Positions 12,339 to 25,297 are shown, counted from the stretch's first letter. The stretch is DNA of 64,000 nucleotides from Eledone cirrhosa (GCA_964016885.1 OZ024742.1:203112001-203176000), one strand, 5' to 3'. The notes: generated by a model not told the origin, from the sequence alone. A program made the numbers and translations.

Positions 12339-15300
12339 ATGGCTGGTTTACGAGTTGGAACCGTGAATGTGCGTGGCCTAGGGATGCCCTGGAAACAGGG
12401 CCAACTTTTAAACGACCTTAGGTCACACAGTATGGATGTGATAGCCATCACCGAGTCCAGAATCCACAACAGGCAGCAACTAACCCCCATCTTCGACAAC
12501 TTTGAGATCTACGCATCACTCTGTCAGCCAGGAGGTGGAGGTGGAGTGGCTGTTATGTTTCGGAAGAACCTGGACGTCGGAGTACAGCAAGTACACTTGG
12601 ACCCGGAGGGTAGACTGGTAGTCCTAGACGTGAACAGTATCGGAGGTGGAGCCTTCAGACTGGTGGCCGTTTATGCCCCGACCGGGCAATCGCAATCACG
12701 GCCAGACTTCTTTAAGCGTCTAGAGTCTTTTCTGGGAACGTCTCGCTCCTTACTTTTAGTGGGGGACTGGAATAGTATCCTAGATGCACGATGGGACTAT
12801 GTGGGAGCATGTCCCAGTAGAGCGGGGTGCAACAGCCTCAAAACTTTAATCGGCCAATTCCAACTGGCCGATAGGTATCGACTGGATTTCCCGACTGCAC
12901 CACAGTGGACGTGGGTAAACCGCAGTGGGACATCTAGATCGTATTTAGATAGGTTCTTCATTAGAGAAAGGGACAAGGATATGTTAAGCTGTCCACGAAT
13001 GCACATGGTTGCCTATTCAGATCACAAGTTAGTCGTCTGCTTAGTCAACCGTGATAGAATACATAGACAGGGTCCCGGATACTGGAAGCTGAACGTGTCG
13101 TTGCCGGCACGTAAAGCTTACAGTGAACGGATAAGTAAACTAGTCAAGCAACAGTTAACGGGAGCCATCGTCAACAATAGATGGTGGTACTCTCTCAAAA
13201 AAGCAATTAGAATAGAATCGATAGGGTATAGCAGAGAGTTAGCCTTAGAGAAAAACAGAATAGAAAGAGAACTAGTAGCCAAGGTAGAGGAGGCACTTAG
13301 AAGTGGCAACGCGGCTAGAGTGTTAGCGTCGAGAACAGCACTGGACCAGTTCTTCGATGCGAAACACGAAGGCTGCGTGGTCAGAAGCAAAACACGTGCT
13401 CTAGGAAACGAAGGAGCGAAAGCTGTCAGCTGGGCCCGAGTGGCGGAGGCAAAAAGTGGCAACAAGTCCACGATTCGGTCTTTGAAAGACCAAAACGGAC
13501 GCGTGCTACTTGACCCCAAGCAAATGTGCGCGGCCTTTCAGCGGCACTTTGCGCGACTGTTTGAGCAGAACGACGGTGAGCCGAACGGGGCAATGGACTT
13601 TAGTTCATACCTCGACGGCCTTCTGCGTCTCTCGAACACGGACGCCGAGTTCTGCGAAAGACCGATCACGGACACTGAGATACGGGACGCTCTGGGCCGC
13701 TGCGGGAAACGCAAGTCACCCGGTCTAGATGGTCTACCCTACGAATTTTACATAGGCATGCCGGACTTGTTCTCTGGCGTCCTCGAAGCCGTCTACTGCA
13801 ATTGGCAGCAGAACGGGAGAATTCCCAGTTCTGCAGGCAAGGGCGTAGTAACGCTGATCAGGAAAGACGAGAACAAGGGGGACGAAATTAACAACTTCAG
13901 GCCCATGACTCTGCTCAACACAGAGTTAAAGATTTTGGCCAAGGTGCTAGCGACGAGGTTGGCGCTTGTCGTCGAGAACCTGGTAGGGAAAGCGCAAACG
14001 TGTGCAATCCCGACGAGGTCCATACACGACAACCTCCACCTCATGCGATATATCATAGAGAGGGTGGGTAGTAAACCCGGCTTCGGTGGGGCTCTGATCA
14101 ACTTGGATCAGTCTAAGGCATTCGATAGGGTCGACCATCGATACTTGGAAGCAGTTCTCAAGGCGGCCGGTTTCGGTCCCGTATTCAGAGGATGGATCGA
14201 GGCGATGCACACCAGCATCTGCTCGAGGGTCAAGGTGAACGGCTACCTATCGGAGCCGTTCGCAATCACGCGTTCCATTCGACAGAGATGCCCTCTCTCC
14301 TCCATTCTGTATGTATTGACTCTAGAGCCACTACTGCGGAAATTGGAGCTGTTGCAGGGCATCCCCCTAGAACCGGGACTGCGCAAAGCGGCGTCGGCTT
14401 ATGCCGACGACGTGACAGTAATGGTGTCGAGCACCTCGGAAATCGGGGTGATCGGCAACATACTGAAAGAATACGAAACGCTGACGGGAGCAAAACTAAA
14501 CCCAGACAAGTCTGTCGGTTTGCAACTCAGTACGTGGAGAGGCAAACCGATGACATCCGACAGCGTCGTTGGACGCTGGACGGACGGACCGGTGAAATTG
14601 CTCGGGGTCTGGTTCGGTCCAGACCTCCAGGTGGAGAAAAACTGGAACGAGGTCACGGCCAAGGTGTTTGCACTCACTCAGAAGTGGGCAGAGTGCAAAC
14701 TGTCCTTGAAAGGTCGAGCGGAGGTGGAGAACACTTTCATAGCGTCCGTCATCTACTACCGCTTGACTGTCGTGCCTTGTCCCCATGAACACCTCGCCTA
14801 GATGGAACGCATGCTCTTCCAGTTTCTGTGGAAGAAGCAGGCTCCGCTGGTGAGGAGATCCGTCTGCTGTCAGCACCCTTCCAACGGAGGGCTGGGAATG
14901 CCGTGGCTGATGATGCGCAAACATGCGCTGAGGCTGCGGCATCTCCAGGTATTCCTCACCGACCCCCAACCGGTGTGGGCACCGTTTGTGAGACAGGCTT
15001 TCCCACAGCTCGTCTCGCTAACGGAGCGGCAGTCCTGGGTGAAGAAAAGACCGAAAACGATGGGCGCCTGGCACATTGAATGCGCTCAGGCGCTCACAGT
15101 CCTCTGGCAAGCGGGCGCAGCAATCAGTGGAGACTCCACTTCGACATACTATAGAGGGATTGTACGTTACAAGGGCGACGACGTGCTCGGAGAGACTCTG
15201 GGCGTCGAAGACGATGAGTTCACCAGTATGTTTGGTAGGACTTTCCGCCCGGGACCTATGGACAACTTCCAGAGGTCCCTGGCCTGGCAGTGCTACCGAG

Positions 15301-15722
15301 GAGCTCTACCGGTTCGTGACAAGATTTACAGGCACGGACGCCCTGGCAGGGATCCTTCCAAGAGGAAGTGTCCAAGATGTGCGCAGGACATTGAAACAGT
15401 TCTGCACGCAATTGTACACTGCCCGGGCGTAAGCGACCTGTGGAACTATGCAGAACAACTGCTGTCGCGTATGGGACAAATACAGTTGACTGCCGAGTCC
15501 ATAGTAAGGATCAAACCGCCAGACTCTTTCAAAAACGAAAGAGAGGCGGTTTTCCTATGTACGGTGGCTATGGTGAAAGAAGTTATATGGTGGACGAGGT
15601 TGAGAGGACTGAGGACAGATGCCTTTCTCTCCGGACAACAATTGATTCCCTTCTTTAAGTATCACTTTAGAAGGAGAATCAGGGTGGAGAGAGAGGCACT
15701 GCACCCCAGTAAATTTACTTAA
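12339..15722 (+). pseudogene. ORF2 APE endonuclease-reverse transcriptase-CCHC, one internal TAG (14799-14801)
   Basis: NVRGL, TES, VYAP, GDWN, SYLDRF, SDH; KSPGLDG, FRPMTLLN, LDQSKAFDRVDH, YADD; CPRC..ETVLHAIVHC. The TAG is AAG in copy B2 (about 8943). Confidence 0.93.
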
Positions 15723-16011
15723 AGGTGGGTGAATGGCCCGAGTGATTGGGCCCTCTCTGTTTATAAGCCTGTAGGTTGAGGAAGAGAGCAAAAGGAAGAA
15801 AGGAGCACTTGCACAACACGCTCCTCGAGTTGAGGGTTGTTCTATCGACGGGGTATTAAACAACCCATTTGTGGCGCCTCCCCCCTATTGGTGATTTCGA
15901 TTGTTGAAATTGTTTGTTTGTTTTTATATTTTTTACACGACTGTATGTAAAATCCCCGGCATGTCTTTGTATTGTCCCCTTTCTTGTTGCGCCCTTGTGG
16001 CTAATAAAGAA

Positions 16012-16022
16012 ATCTATCTATC

Positions 16023-16053
<31 letters not shown>

Positions 16054-16142
16054 CCAACTATCTATTTATCTATCTATCTATCTATCCTTCCATCTATCTA
16101 TTATCTTTCCCTCCATCTATCTATCTTCCTATCTCTCTATCT
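16012..16142. repeat. Degenerate (ATCT)n array closing the Tx1 cluster
   Basis: Directly visible. Confidence 0.95.
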
Positions 16143-16468
16143 AAGCGTTAGAATCAATGTGTTTTGTATGATTACAGTTCGATTTACCTGTCTACATGCA
16201 AATATCTATGTCAAGGATGTTTCCTTCTCCAAGAGGAAACATCCTAAGATGTAATTCTTACTTACCATTCCATCAAAGTGCCATCTTGTCATGTTCAACG
16301 AACGGAACTTACCATTTTTTCTATTTTATTCCATTTCATTCTATTACTAAACCCCCACGACGTTAGTTGGGTTCTCGTCTGCTTCTACGATTTATTATTT
16401 TATTTGTTTTGGCTTTCCTAAACTTACATTCCTTCTTTCACCTCCCACATATACATCTTCTACATTAT

Positions 16469-16725
<257 letters not shown>

Positions 16726-17500
16726 AGAAGGTATACGGAAAACAACATAGCAAACGGCAAAGTACAATGAAAATATATATTAGTTTAAAGCATGATATAG
16801 TTTGAAAAAAGTCTTACAGTTTTAGATACTAGTCCTTCATTAGAAGATAGAATGAGAAATAAAAGAAGATTAGAGGAGAGTGTGAAGAGACAGAACAGGC
16901 AAAGAGATATTTAATTTGTTGGTAATTCCTTGAAATATATATAATACAATGAATATGGTTTTATAAATTTAGTTTCCGTTTATTAATAACATTGATATAT
17001 ATATAGGTAAGTTATTCCGTGTTGAATCGGAGGTAACCACAGTAATTAAGGTACTCAATACATAGCAGAGTATAAAAGTTTTAATATAGATGAGATTCTA
17101 CAGGACTAGAAGTGTTTCATTCTTGAGAAATCATCAGGAATCTCTGATAGATAGTGTGTATATATATATATACACACAAAACAAGACACACACACAAACA
17201 TATATATATATATAAAGAGAGAGAGAGAGAGAGAGAGTGTGAGAGAGAGAGAGAGAGGTACATATATATATATATACGTAATATATAAATATATCTATAT
17301 ATATACAAACAACCCAACCGGTATTGGCAGGAGAGAGACAGTTCAAGCGTCACATCTATGAAGGTATCTGCAAAGAAAAAACGGATCTGAAAAGTGACCT
17401 GCGTGCAATGGAGGGGTGGCACTCTTCTCACCAGATGTAGCAACGTTTCGACGGCTAAATTAGAATTTTTAGCCAGGCTAAAAATTCTAATTTAGTCCAG

Positions 17501-17544
<44 letters not shown>

Positions 17545-17718
17545 TGTCTATTCTATCGCAGCGTTTGCATCGATTCAAGGACCATCTCCATACTAATTAT
17601 CTGTTTACATTTTACTGTAACCCAGAAGTCGATTACTAAAACTTTATTGTTCTTTTACTCCTGACGAGGTCACCCGACGTCCTACATCATGATATGATGG
17701 CGTAAGACGCCGACCGTG

Positions 17719-17789
<71 letters not shown>

Positions 17790-17790
17790 T

Positions 17791-17948
17791 AGGGTGTGGT
17801 AAAAAACCAGGTGGACCATTACCCACCTGAGTACTCGATACTTGAGTTAGTAGACTGGGTATTATGATGAGATTCAGGACCCCGACGGCTGACCCTTGGC
17901 CGTTTCGACAGCTAAATCTGCGAAGGTACTCAGCCGTCGGTGTCCTGA
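17791..17948. repeat. Dispersed repeat 'family X' copy (others 38071-38250, 61419-61557, inverted 62288-62426)
   Basis: Shared gtggtaa..aggtggacc..cacc..agtactc.atactt..gtag..cgacggctga..gcc.tttcgac.gct. Confidence 0.8.
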
Positions 17949-18081
17949 ATATTTTCATATATATATATCTATATATGGGCATCACCCATAATGTAATGAT
18001 GTTGATCTCAGATTAATTGAGCAGCCATATGCTCAAAGGATTTCCAGCCATGACTAGAAGAACAACATTATCTAATAGTTC

Positions 18082-18242
18082 CGGACGCCATGCTTTGAAG
18101 CATAGAGTTACCTCCCTTTGTGATCTGAGTTCAAATCCCGCCGAGGTTAACTTTGCATTTCATCCTTACGGGGTCGATAACATAAAGTACCAGTAATGCA
18201 CTGGGTAATTGTTGGTCTTGTACCAAAAGTAGAAACAATTAT
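18082..18242 (+). mobile_element. tRNA-derived SINE family 1, 5'-truncated
   Basis: B box gagttcaaatcc, central ttcatccttacggggtcgataa, tail agtagaaacaatt. Confidence 0.9.
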
Positions 18243-18281
18243 CGTATAGTAACCCATCGATTATTTTACTGCCCGACGCAG

Positions 18282-18387
<106 letters not shown>

Positions 18388-18430
18388 AACCGGGATTATA
18401 CCAGTTTTAATCTAGAAGATAATTCAGCAG

Positions 18431-18713
18431 AGTTCTCGCCCAGGATATCCGATTTGAGGATGTGGAGGAGATGATGGAGGCTGGTCTCTCTTGGTGATCG
18501 AGCCGGATCAGTTGGAGGCGGTTGCGTTTGACAGGGCCCGCTGGAAGGAGTGTTTGAGGACTCTTCCCCCACCACGATCTCAGGAAGAAGAAGAAGAAGA
18601 AGAAGAAGAAGAAGAAGAAGAAGAAGAAGAAGAAGAAGAAGAAGAAGAAGAAGAAGAAGAAGAAGAAGAAGAAGAAGAAGAAGAAGAAGAAGAAGAAGAA
18701 GAAGAAGAAGAAG
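18431..18713 (+). mobile_element. RTE-like LINE 3' end with (GAA)n tail
   Basis: ..LEAVAFDRARWKECL.. matches the A.DR..W motif of RTE-type C-termini; about 43 GAA units follow. Confidence 0.6.
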
Positions 18714-18730
18714 ATATGAAAGTATATAAT

Positions 18731-18917
18731 TGTTTCTACTTTTGGCATAAGGCCAGCAATTATCCCAGTGCATTACTAGTACTTTATGTTATCGACCCCA
18801 TAAAGATGAAAGGCAAAGTTAACCTCGGCGGGATTTGAACTCAGATCATAAAATGGCGTAACTCTATGCTGCAAAGCATGGTGCCCGACACTCTATCGAT
18901 ATTGCCAATCCACCACT
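18731..18917 (-). mobile_element. SINE family 1 with 18-bp imperfect TSD
   Basis: gatatgaaagtatataat (18713-18730) / gatattaaaatatataat (18918-18935). Confidence 0.9.
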
Positions 18918-19706
18918 GATATTAAAATATATAATAGACACTCCCTGTGTTTCAAAGGACCAGCGTTGATCCCCATTATGTCATACTCATCCAGCTCATG
19001 TGGCACATGAGTCTATGGAATTCACCAACTGGAGGCTATCAGTTGATCAAGAAACTGAATGCTCATCGTCGTAAATGGCGGAAAATCAATCATTGAGCGT
19101 CCCACAGAGATGATCCCTTGCTGGTTTGCATCCAGCCATCATGGCCATATTGACACCATATAATTCAATACAATGCTACGTTACAAATTCTTGTAGGAAA
19201 AAAAACATTTAAGATATGTTCGTCCAAAGGTTCTGACGAATCCTTGTATACTATTCCAGTATACTTGAATTCTTATATTCTGTCATTTGCTTAACAATAT
19301 TTATTATATGACTAGCAGAAAAACCACCCGAAGGTTGGTTTTTCTGCTAGCATGTGTAGTGTGTATATTATACGCAGGTATATATATATACATGTAGATA
19401 TGATACATAAAATCAAATCGTAGTTGACAATATATAATACATAGAAATTGAACGAAGACTGCGTTACACTGTCTTATGTAATCAGTAACGTAATCCATGA
19501 TACATTAAAAAAGATGACATTATAGGTATTATATATAAACTTCATTAGGAGAAAATTAGTGTGTTTATTTAAGCGATGGCCAACCGGAAGTGTTGACATT
19601 TCATACATTTTAAAGAAGTGAATCTTTGTGTAAAATATATTTAATCAACAGCCACAAAATTTAGTAGATAAATTATGTAATATTCATCATTATTTATTCA
19701 AAGTAA

Positions 19707-19890
19707 AAGGGCGGTGGATTGGCAGAATCGGTAGAGGGTCGGACGCCATGCTTTGACGCATAGCGTTACGGCCCTTGCCATTCTGATTTCAAATCCCGCC
19801 GAGGTTAACTTTACCTTTCATCCTTATGGGGTCGATAAAATAAAGTACCAGTAATACACTGGGTTACTTGTGCCAAAAGTAGAAACAATT
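19707..19890 (+). mobile_element. SINE family 1, full length, 18-bp TSD
   Basis: A box tggcagaatcgg, B box ttcaaatcc; attatttattcaaagtaa at 19689-19706 and 19888-19905. Confidence 0.92.
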
Positions 19891-20119
19891 ATTTATTCAA
19901 AGTAATCCAACTTATTTTACTAATGGGATAACATTTATAAACCGTACGCAGTCCCGCACTCCTTACTTTATTATAGTTTAGATTACAACTCCGACTTCCT
20001 TCAGCTATCAGAACGTTCATTGTCCAGCACAGAAGTTCTAGATAATCTATTGAGACTCAGCACTCCATTTATAGTAGCTTACAGTGATTCGTTGAATCTA
20101 TATATTACAAGGTATGAAG

Positions 20120-20810
20120 TGTACATGTGTGTGTATTTGTATATATATATATGTGTGTGTATGTGTGTGTGTGTAAATATATAGATATATGTATGTGCGT
20201 GTGCATGTGTGTATGTTTGTGTTTATATGTGCGTGTTTATGTGTGTGTGTATGTGTATATGTGTATATGTGTGTGTGTTTATATGTGAGTGTGTTTATGT
20301 GTGTGTGTGTGTGTGTGAGTGTATATGTGTGTATGTGTATGTATAAATGTGTGCGTGTTTTTATATGTGCTTGTGTGTGTATGTGTGTACATATATATGT
20401 GTGTTTGAGTGCATATGTTTGAATGTATGTGTATATGTGTATATGTATGTGTATGTGTGTGTATATGTGTGTATGTATGTGTATAAGTGTATATGTATGT
20501 GTATGTGTGTGTATGTATATGTCTGTGTTAATGTGCACATGTGTGTGTATGTGTATATGTATGTGTATGTGTGTGTATGTGCGTGTATGGGTGTATGTAT
20601 ATGTGTGTGTTAATGTGCACATGTGTGTGTATGTGCGTGTATGCATGTATGTATATGTGTGTGTATGAGTATAGTTATGTGTGTGTGTATGTGCGTGTAC
20701 TCGTGTATGTATATGTGAGTGTTAATGTGCACATGTGTGTGAATGTGTATATGTGTGTGTGTATATATATGTGTGTGTTTGTGTGTATATATGTATGTAT
20801 GTGTGCGTGT
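20120..20810. repeat. TG/TA-rich simple repeat tract
   Basis: Directly visible. Confidence 0.95.
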
Positions 20811-20917
20811 CCAAGACTAAAACTCCAATTCTGATGGCAGGTAAATATTCGGAAGTAATGAATTATTAGTCATTGATGACCTGTGGTCACTTGTCTAGTT
20901 GTTATATATATACAGCA

Positions 20918-21215
20918 ATACACACCGCCTCCATATATTGACACCACCTCCATATATAGACACACACTCACACACCACCTCCATATATAGACACACACTG
21001 ACACACCACCTCCATATATAGACACACACGGACACACTACTTCCATATATAGACACCACCTCCATATATAGACACACACTGACACATCACCTCCATATAT
21101 AGACACACACTGACACACCACCTCCATATATAGACACACACCGACACACCACCTCCACATACACACACCGACACACCACCTCCACAGTGACCCACACACA
21201 CCGACACACCACACG
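20918..21215. repeat. About 31-bp minisatellite (acacaccacctccatatatagacacacactg)
   Basis: About 10 imperfect tandem units. Confidence 0.9.
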
Positions 21216-21251
21216 TACACACACACACACGAACACATGAACATATATAAA

Positions 21252-21675
21252 TGTGGGTGTGTGTGTGTACGTGGGTGTGTGTGTGTGTGTGTACGTGGGT
21301 GTGTGTGTGTGTGTGTACGTGGGTTTGTGTGTGTGTGTACGTGGGTTTGTGTGTGTGTACGTGGGTTTGTGTGTGTGTGTGTACGTGGGTGTGTGTGTAC
21401 GTACGTGGGTTTGTCTGTGTGTGTGTGTGTGTGTGTACGTGGGTGTGTGTGTGTGTGTACGTGGGTTTGTGTGTGTGTGTACGTGGGTTTGTGTGTGTGT
21501 ACGTGGGTTTGTGTGTGTGTGTGTACGTGGGTGTGTGTGTACGTACGTGGGTTTGTGTGTGTGTGTACGTGGGTTTGTGAGTGCGTGTGTACGTGGGTTT
21601 GTGTGTGTGTGTGTACGTGAGTTTGTGTGTGTGTGTACGTGGGTTTGTGTGTGTGTACGTGGGTTTGTGTGTGTA
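21252..21675. repeat. Minisatellite tacgtgggt(t)(tg)n
   Basis: About 19 tandem units of variable TG length. Confidence 0.92.
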
Positions 21676-21754
21676 TAAACAAGACTGATTGACTTATGTA
21701 TCATAGAGAAATTTGAAATTTGAAACTGTATTCGCCACAATGTAGATAACTATA

Positions 21755-21945
21755 ATAATTGTTTCTACTATTGGCACAAGGCCAGCAATCATCCAGTGCA
21801 TTACTGGTACTTCATTTTATCGAGCCCGTAAGAATGAAAAGCAAAGTTAACCTCGGAGCGATTTGAACTCAGAATGGCAAGGGCCGTAACTCTATGCGTC
21901 AAAGCATAGCGTCCGACTCTCTACCGATACTGCCATCCACCGCCC
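21755..21945 (-). mobile_element. SINE family 1
   Basis: Reverse complement of 19707-19890 family. Confidence 0.9.
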
Positions 21946-22463
21946 TGCCAAACCATATTTGATAACTGTAGATTATAGTTGAATAAATCGGGTAAAATAC
22001 CACCGGAGACAGAAAACATGAATAGAGACACCTGCGGGGAATCAACCAACGTGTCTGCTCTATGTATTAAACCAAGCACGTTAAACTGGGGGTCCCCCAA
22101 GGGCCACATGGGTCACATATGTGCTGTCTGAGGGCCACACACGACAACTAATTCCGCACATTACAACACATTTTCTTTATTTTATATTACGAAGATAAAA
22201 CATATTCATGCTGTAAAATCTTTGTGCGGGCTGCAGGTGTGCTTGTAAAACGCCGCATGCATTGTATTAGACTATATAATAACGAATAGACCGCAGGATG
22301 ATATTCATGGTCAGAATCAATAAACGGAGGATTCAAATGAACGAAAAACAAAGCCATAACAGAGTCTTCTCGACATTCTCGACCTGAATATATTGGTACT
22401 AATTAATTACTGGTAGGAGCGACACTATAATCAAGAGAGCTAGGCAGCACTCTAAAGCGAAGA

Positions 22464-22700
22464 TCTGGGAGAGGCGCAGACTTCGGAGAGGCGCAGACTT
22501 CGAAGAAGCGCAGTCATCGGGGAGGCGCAGACTTCGGAGAGCCGAAGACCTCGGAGAGGCGCAGACCTCGGAGAGACACAGTCATCGGGGAGGCGCAGAC
22601 CTCGGAGAGGTGCAGTTCTCGGAGAGGTGCAGTTCTCGGAGAGACGCAGACCTTGGTGGGGTGCAGACCTCGAAAAAGAGCACTCCTCGGAGAGGCGCAT
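22464..22700. repeat. GC-rich 17-bp minisatellite (ctcggagaggcgcagac), about 14 units
   Basis: Contiguous imperfect tandem units, no spacers. Confidence 0.92.
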
Positions 22701-23454
22701 TATTGAACCTTAAAGGATTATACTTGTATACCAAATTTTTTCATAATATAAATCACAATAATAATTTCCTGCATTCGATAAATAAATCCCTAAACATCTT
22801 TACCGTGTAGCAGCGTTGGGAAATATCCAAAGCGGTAGAGAGGGGTTGTATGTTGTTATGGCATGTCACACGGTTTGACATAGCTGAGTGTGGATTGTAT
22901 AATGAAAAATGCAAGCTTATTAATTTTCTTAGTTTGGTCAGAGCAAGAAATCTCAAAAACTAGCTTTGTCATTTTGCCAAACTAAGTTGAAATTATATTA
23001 TTTGGGAGACGGGGACGCACATTGTAGAACTAGTCTAGGACGCCCTCAGTATTAACCATTGAAGTTTTTAGTATGAACTTTCTTATTGATAAGATGAGCT
23101 AAAAATTCAGTAAAATTATTTTTCCTCCTGGTGGAAGTTTACCTTACACTAATTAGAATAAAAGTGAGTGTAAGCCTAATGATTGATGAATTGCATCAGG
23201 TTAATTACTGATATAAAGACGCGTAACCAAATGGTTAGACTTGCGATCATGGGAGCGTGGTTTCAATTCGGACCGTGTGATACATTTTATTCTGCTGAAT
23301 GAATTGCATCAAGCTTATAGTTGTTATAAAGAGTTTGAACATGTGTGATCTAGTAGCTAGCCATAGGGTCAAATATGCTTTTATGTAAGTCACAAGCAGT
23401 GTTGTGTAGTTCAAATGTGGCTGTGTGTTGACCAGATATGGCCTGGTCTGGTAC

Positions 23455-24510
23455 GTTATATCAACCTCAAACGGATGAAAGGCAAAGTTAACCTCGGTGC
23501 GATTTGAACTCAAAGTACAAAGAAACGAAATAAATACCAATACATTTAATCCGATGCCGAAATACCTCTGCTAATGTTTCACCTAAAATCATATATATAT
23601 AAAAGATAATATAATGTGTTTTATTGGAATAATTCCCAGAATCCACACACACACATCACATCATAGCAGACATATTAATGAAAGCAGTGATGGAATTACT
23701 AATAGAATGGTGAGTTTCAGTCTTGTTATTACCACACAACATGTTATGACTGCTGCCTCTTCTCTCATTTTCTTTCTATTGAGCTCAAAAGAATGAAAGG
23801 TAAAGTTGACGCTGTATTATTTGAACTGAGAAAGCAAAGAAACGAAAGAAATATTACAAGATATTTAGTACGACGCCCTAACGACACACTGCATATTTGA
23901 CATCTCTAATGTGTTTTGGGAAATGCCAAACCATCCATCGATGCAAGGACACAGAACTCCGAGTAAAATCGTAAAGGGGAATCGTGGTGATATACAATGT
24001 GTCTAGTCCATTTAAACTGGGAGTGGCTCTCCGTCTCTAGGCTTGAATGCAAACATATTCATCCGCAAGGAGAGGTATAGGGAAATAGAGGGAAGGGAGA
24101 GAGAGAGAGAGGGGGGGATTAAGTAAGCAACGAAGGAATAATGAATCAATCAGTAATACTTCATCATCACCATCATCCGGCGGCCTCAGCAGAAATCGAC
24201 TCAACAATTGATCTCCACGTGGGTCTGTCGTTCATTGCCGTTGCCAAGTCCTGGATTTCAATACCAGAATCTCTGGAGATGACATCGGGGTAGGAGAGCT
24301 TGCACCCCCTGTTATTAGTGACGGCTTGTGATGGGGGACACAGCTTCGTAGGTGGCACAGTGGCAGTAATACTTAACTGGTATTGTATTTATCGAACGGG
24401 GAAGGATGAAAGAGAAAGTTAATCTCACCAGGATTCGAAGTAAGAGAATAGAGAAAGAGAAGAAATAACACAAGGCATTTAACCCGCCTCTCAATCTGAT
24501 CTTTTGCCAA
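23455..24510 (-). mobile_element. Three older, diverged SINE-1-related fragments (about 23455-23580, 23785-23890, 24372-24510)
   Basis: Each has atgaaag...aagtt.a..........tt.gaa.t. Confidence 0.7.
24160..24345 (-). mobile_element. RTE-like LINE 3' end with (TGA)n tail
   Basis: LSYPDVISRDSGIEIQDLATAMNDRPTWR; second copy at 45495-45733(+). Confidence 0.78.
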
Positions 24511-24692
24511 TTGAGCGATTATAATGTGATATGTGTTGAATAATGTATGGAGTAAAAGAAAAGTTAATTTCCCATAGATACCAGGGCAAAAGTATAAAAA
24601 CGCGATGTCGCTAAAATATTTTGAAATTTTAATTGGTTCATTGAATGAAAATAACATAATAAATAAATATATAAATAAAATAAATACAGAAG

Positions 24693-24730
<38 letters not shown>

Positions 24731-25077
24731 AAGAAATTAAAAGATGGTTAAAATAGTTCCATATATTTTATTATGCGCATTTCAAAAACAAATATCATCC
24801 AGGGACGATGTTTGCGTTCTCATCAGATAAAATAGGGAGACATGATATGAAGCTTAAAAAAGACACTTGTGAGCAAGGTAGTGTCTAAACAACATATGAT
24901 AAATAAATTTAAAAGGACATAGGAGATTGGAAAAGGAAAGGAAGGGGAGAAGGGTAAGGAAGATGAAGAAAGGAAAAAGAAAAAAAGAAGGAAAGGATAA
25001 CGGGGAAGATTATAAGAAGGAGAGAGAAAGAGAGGGGAAAGAAAAGAAAGAGAGATAAACATTTAAACTGAGAAATG

Positions 25078-25158
<81 letters not shown>

Positions 25159-25265
25159 GTAGTTAAGCAAATAAAGACCACAACTCACATATCCTCACCA
25201 ATCTATCCTATCCTATCTCTATCTCTCTATTTAAGATTGGTTTACTCTTGAACTGTCTCTCTCTC

Positions 25266-25297
<32 letters not shown>

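Larger units (their letters stand above)
10203..16011 (+). mobile_element. Tx1 family B, apparently full-length copy B3
   Basis: 5'UTR, ORF1, 41-nt spacer, ORF2, 3'UTR, AATAAA 16003-16008; (ATCT)n on both sides. Confidence 0.95.

Noticed and set aside
12294-12400. Short intron fusing ORF1 to ORF2
   Set aside because: No AG before the ORF2 ATG; the first downstream AGs are out of frame in family B (in frame only in A).
14192-14788. Alternate-frame and antisense ORFs repeated across Tx1 copies
   Set aside because: Explained by GC-rich coding sequence and copy identity.
19707-19800. tRNA gene
   Set aside because: A/B boxes belong to a multi-copy SINE with TSDs; no cloverleaf.
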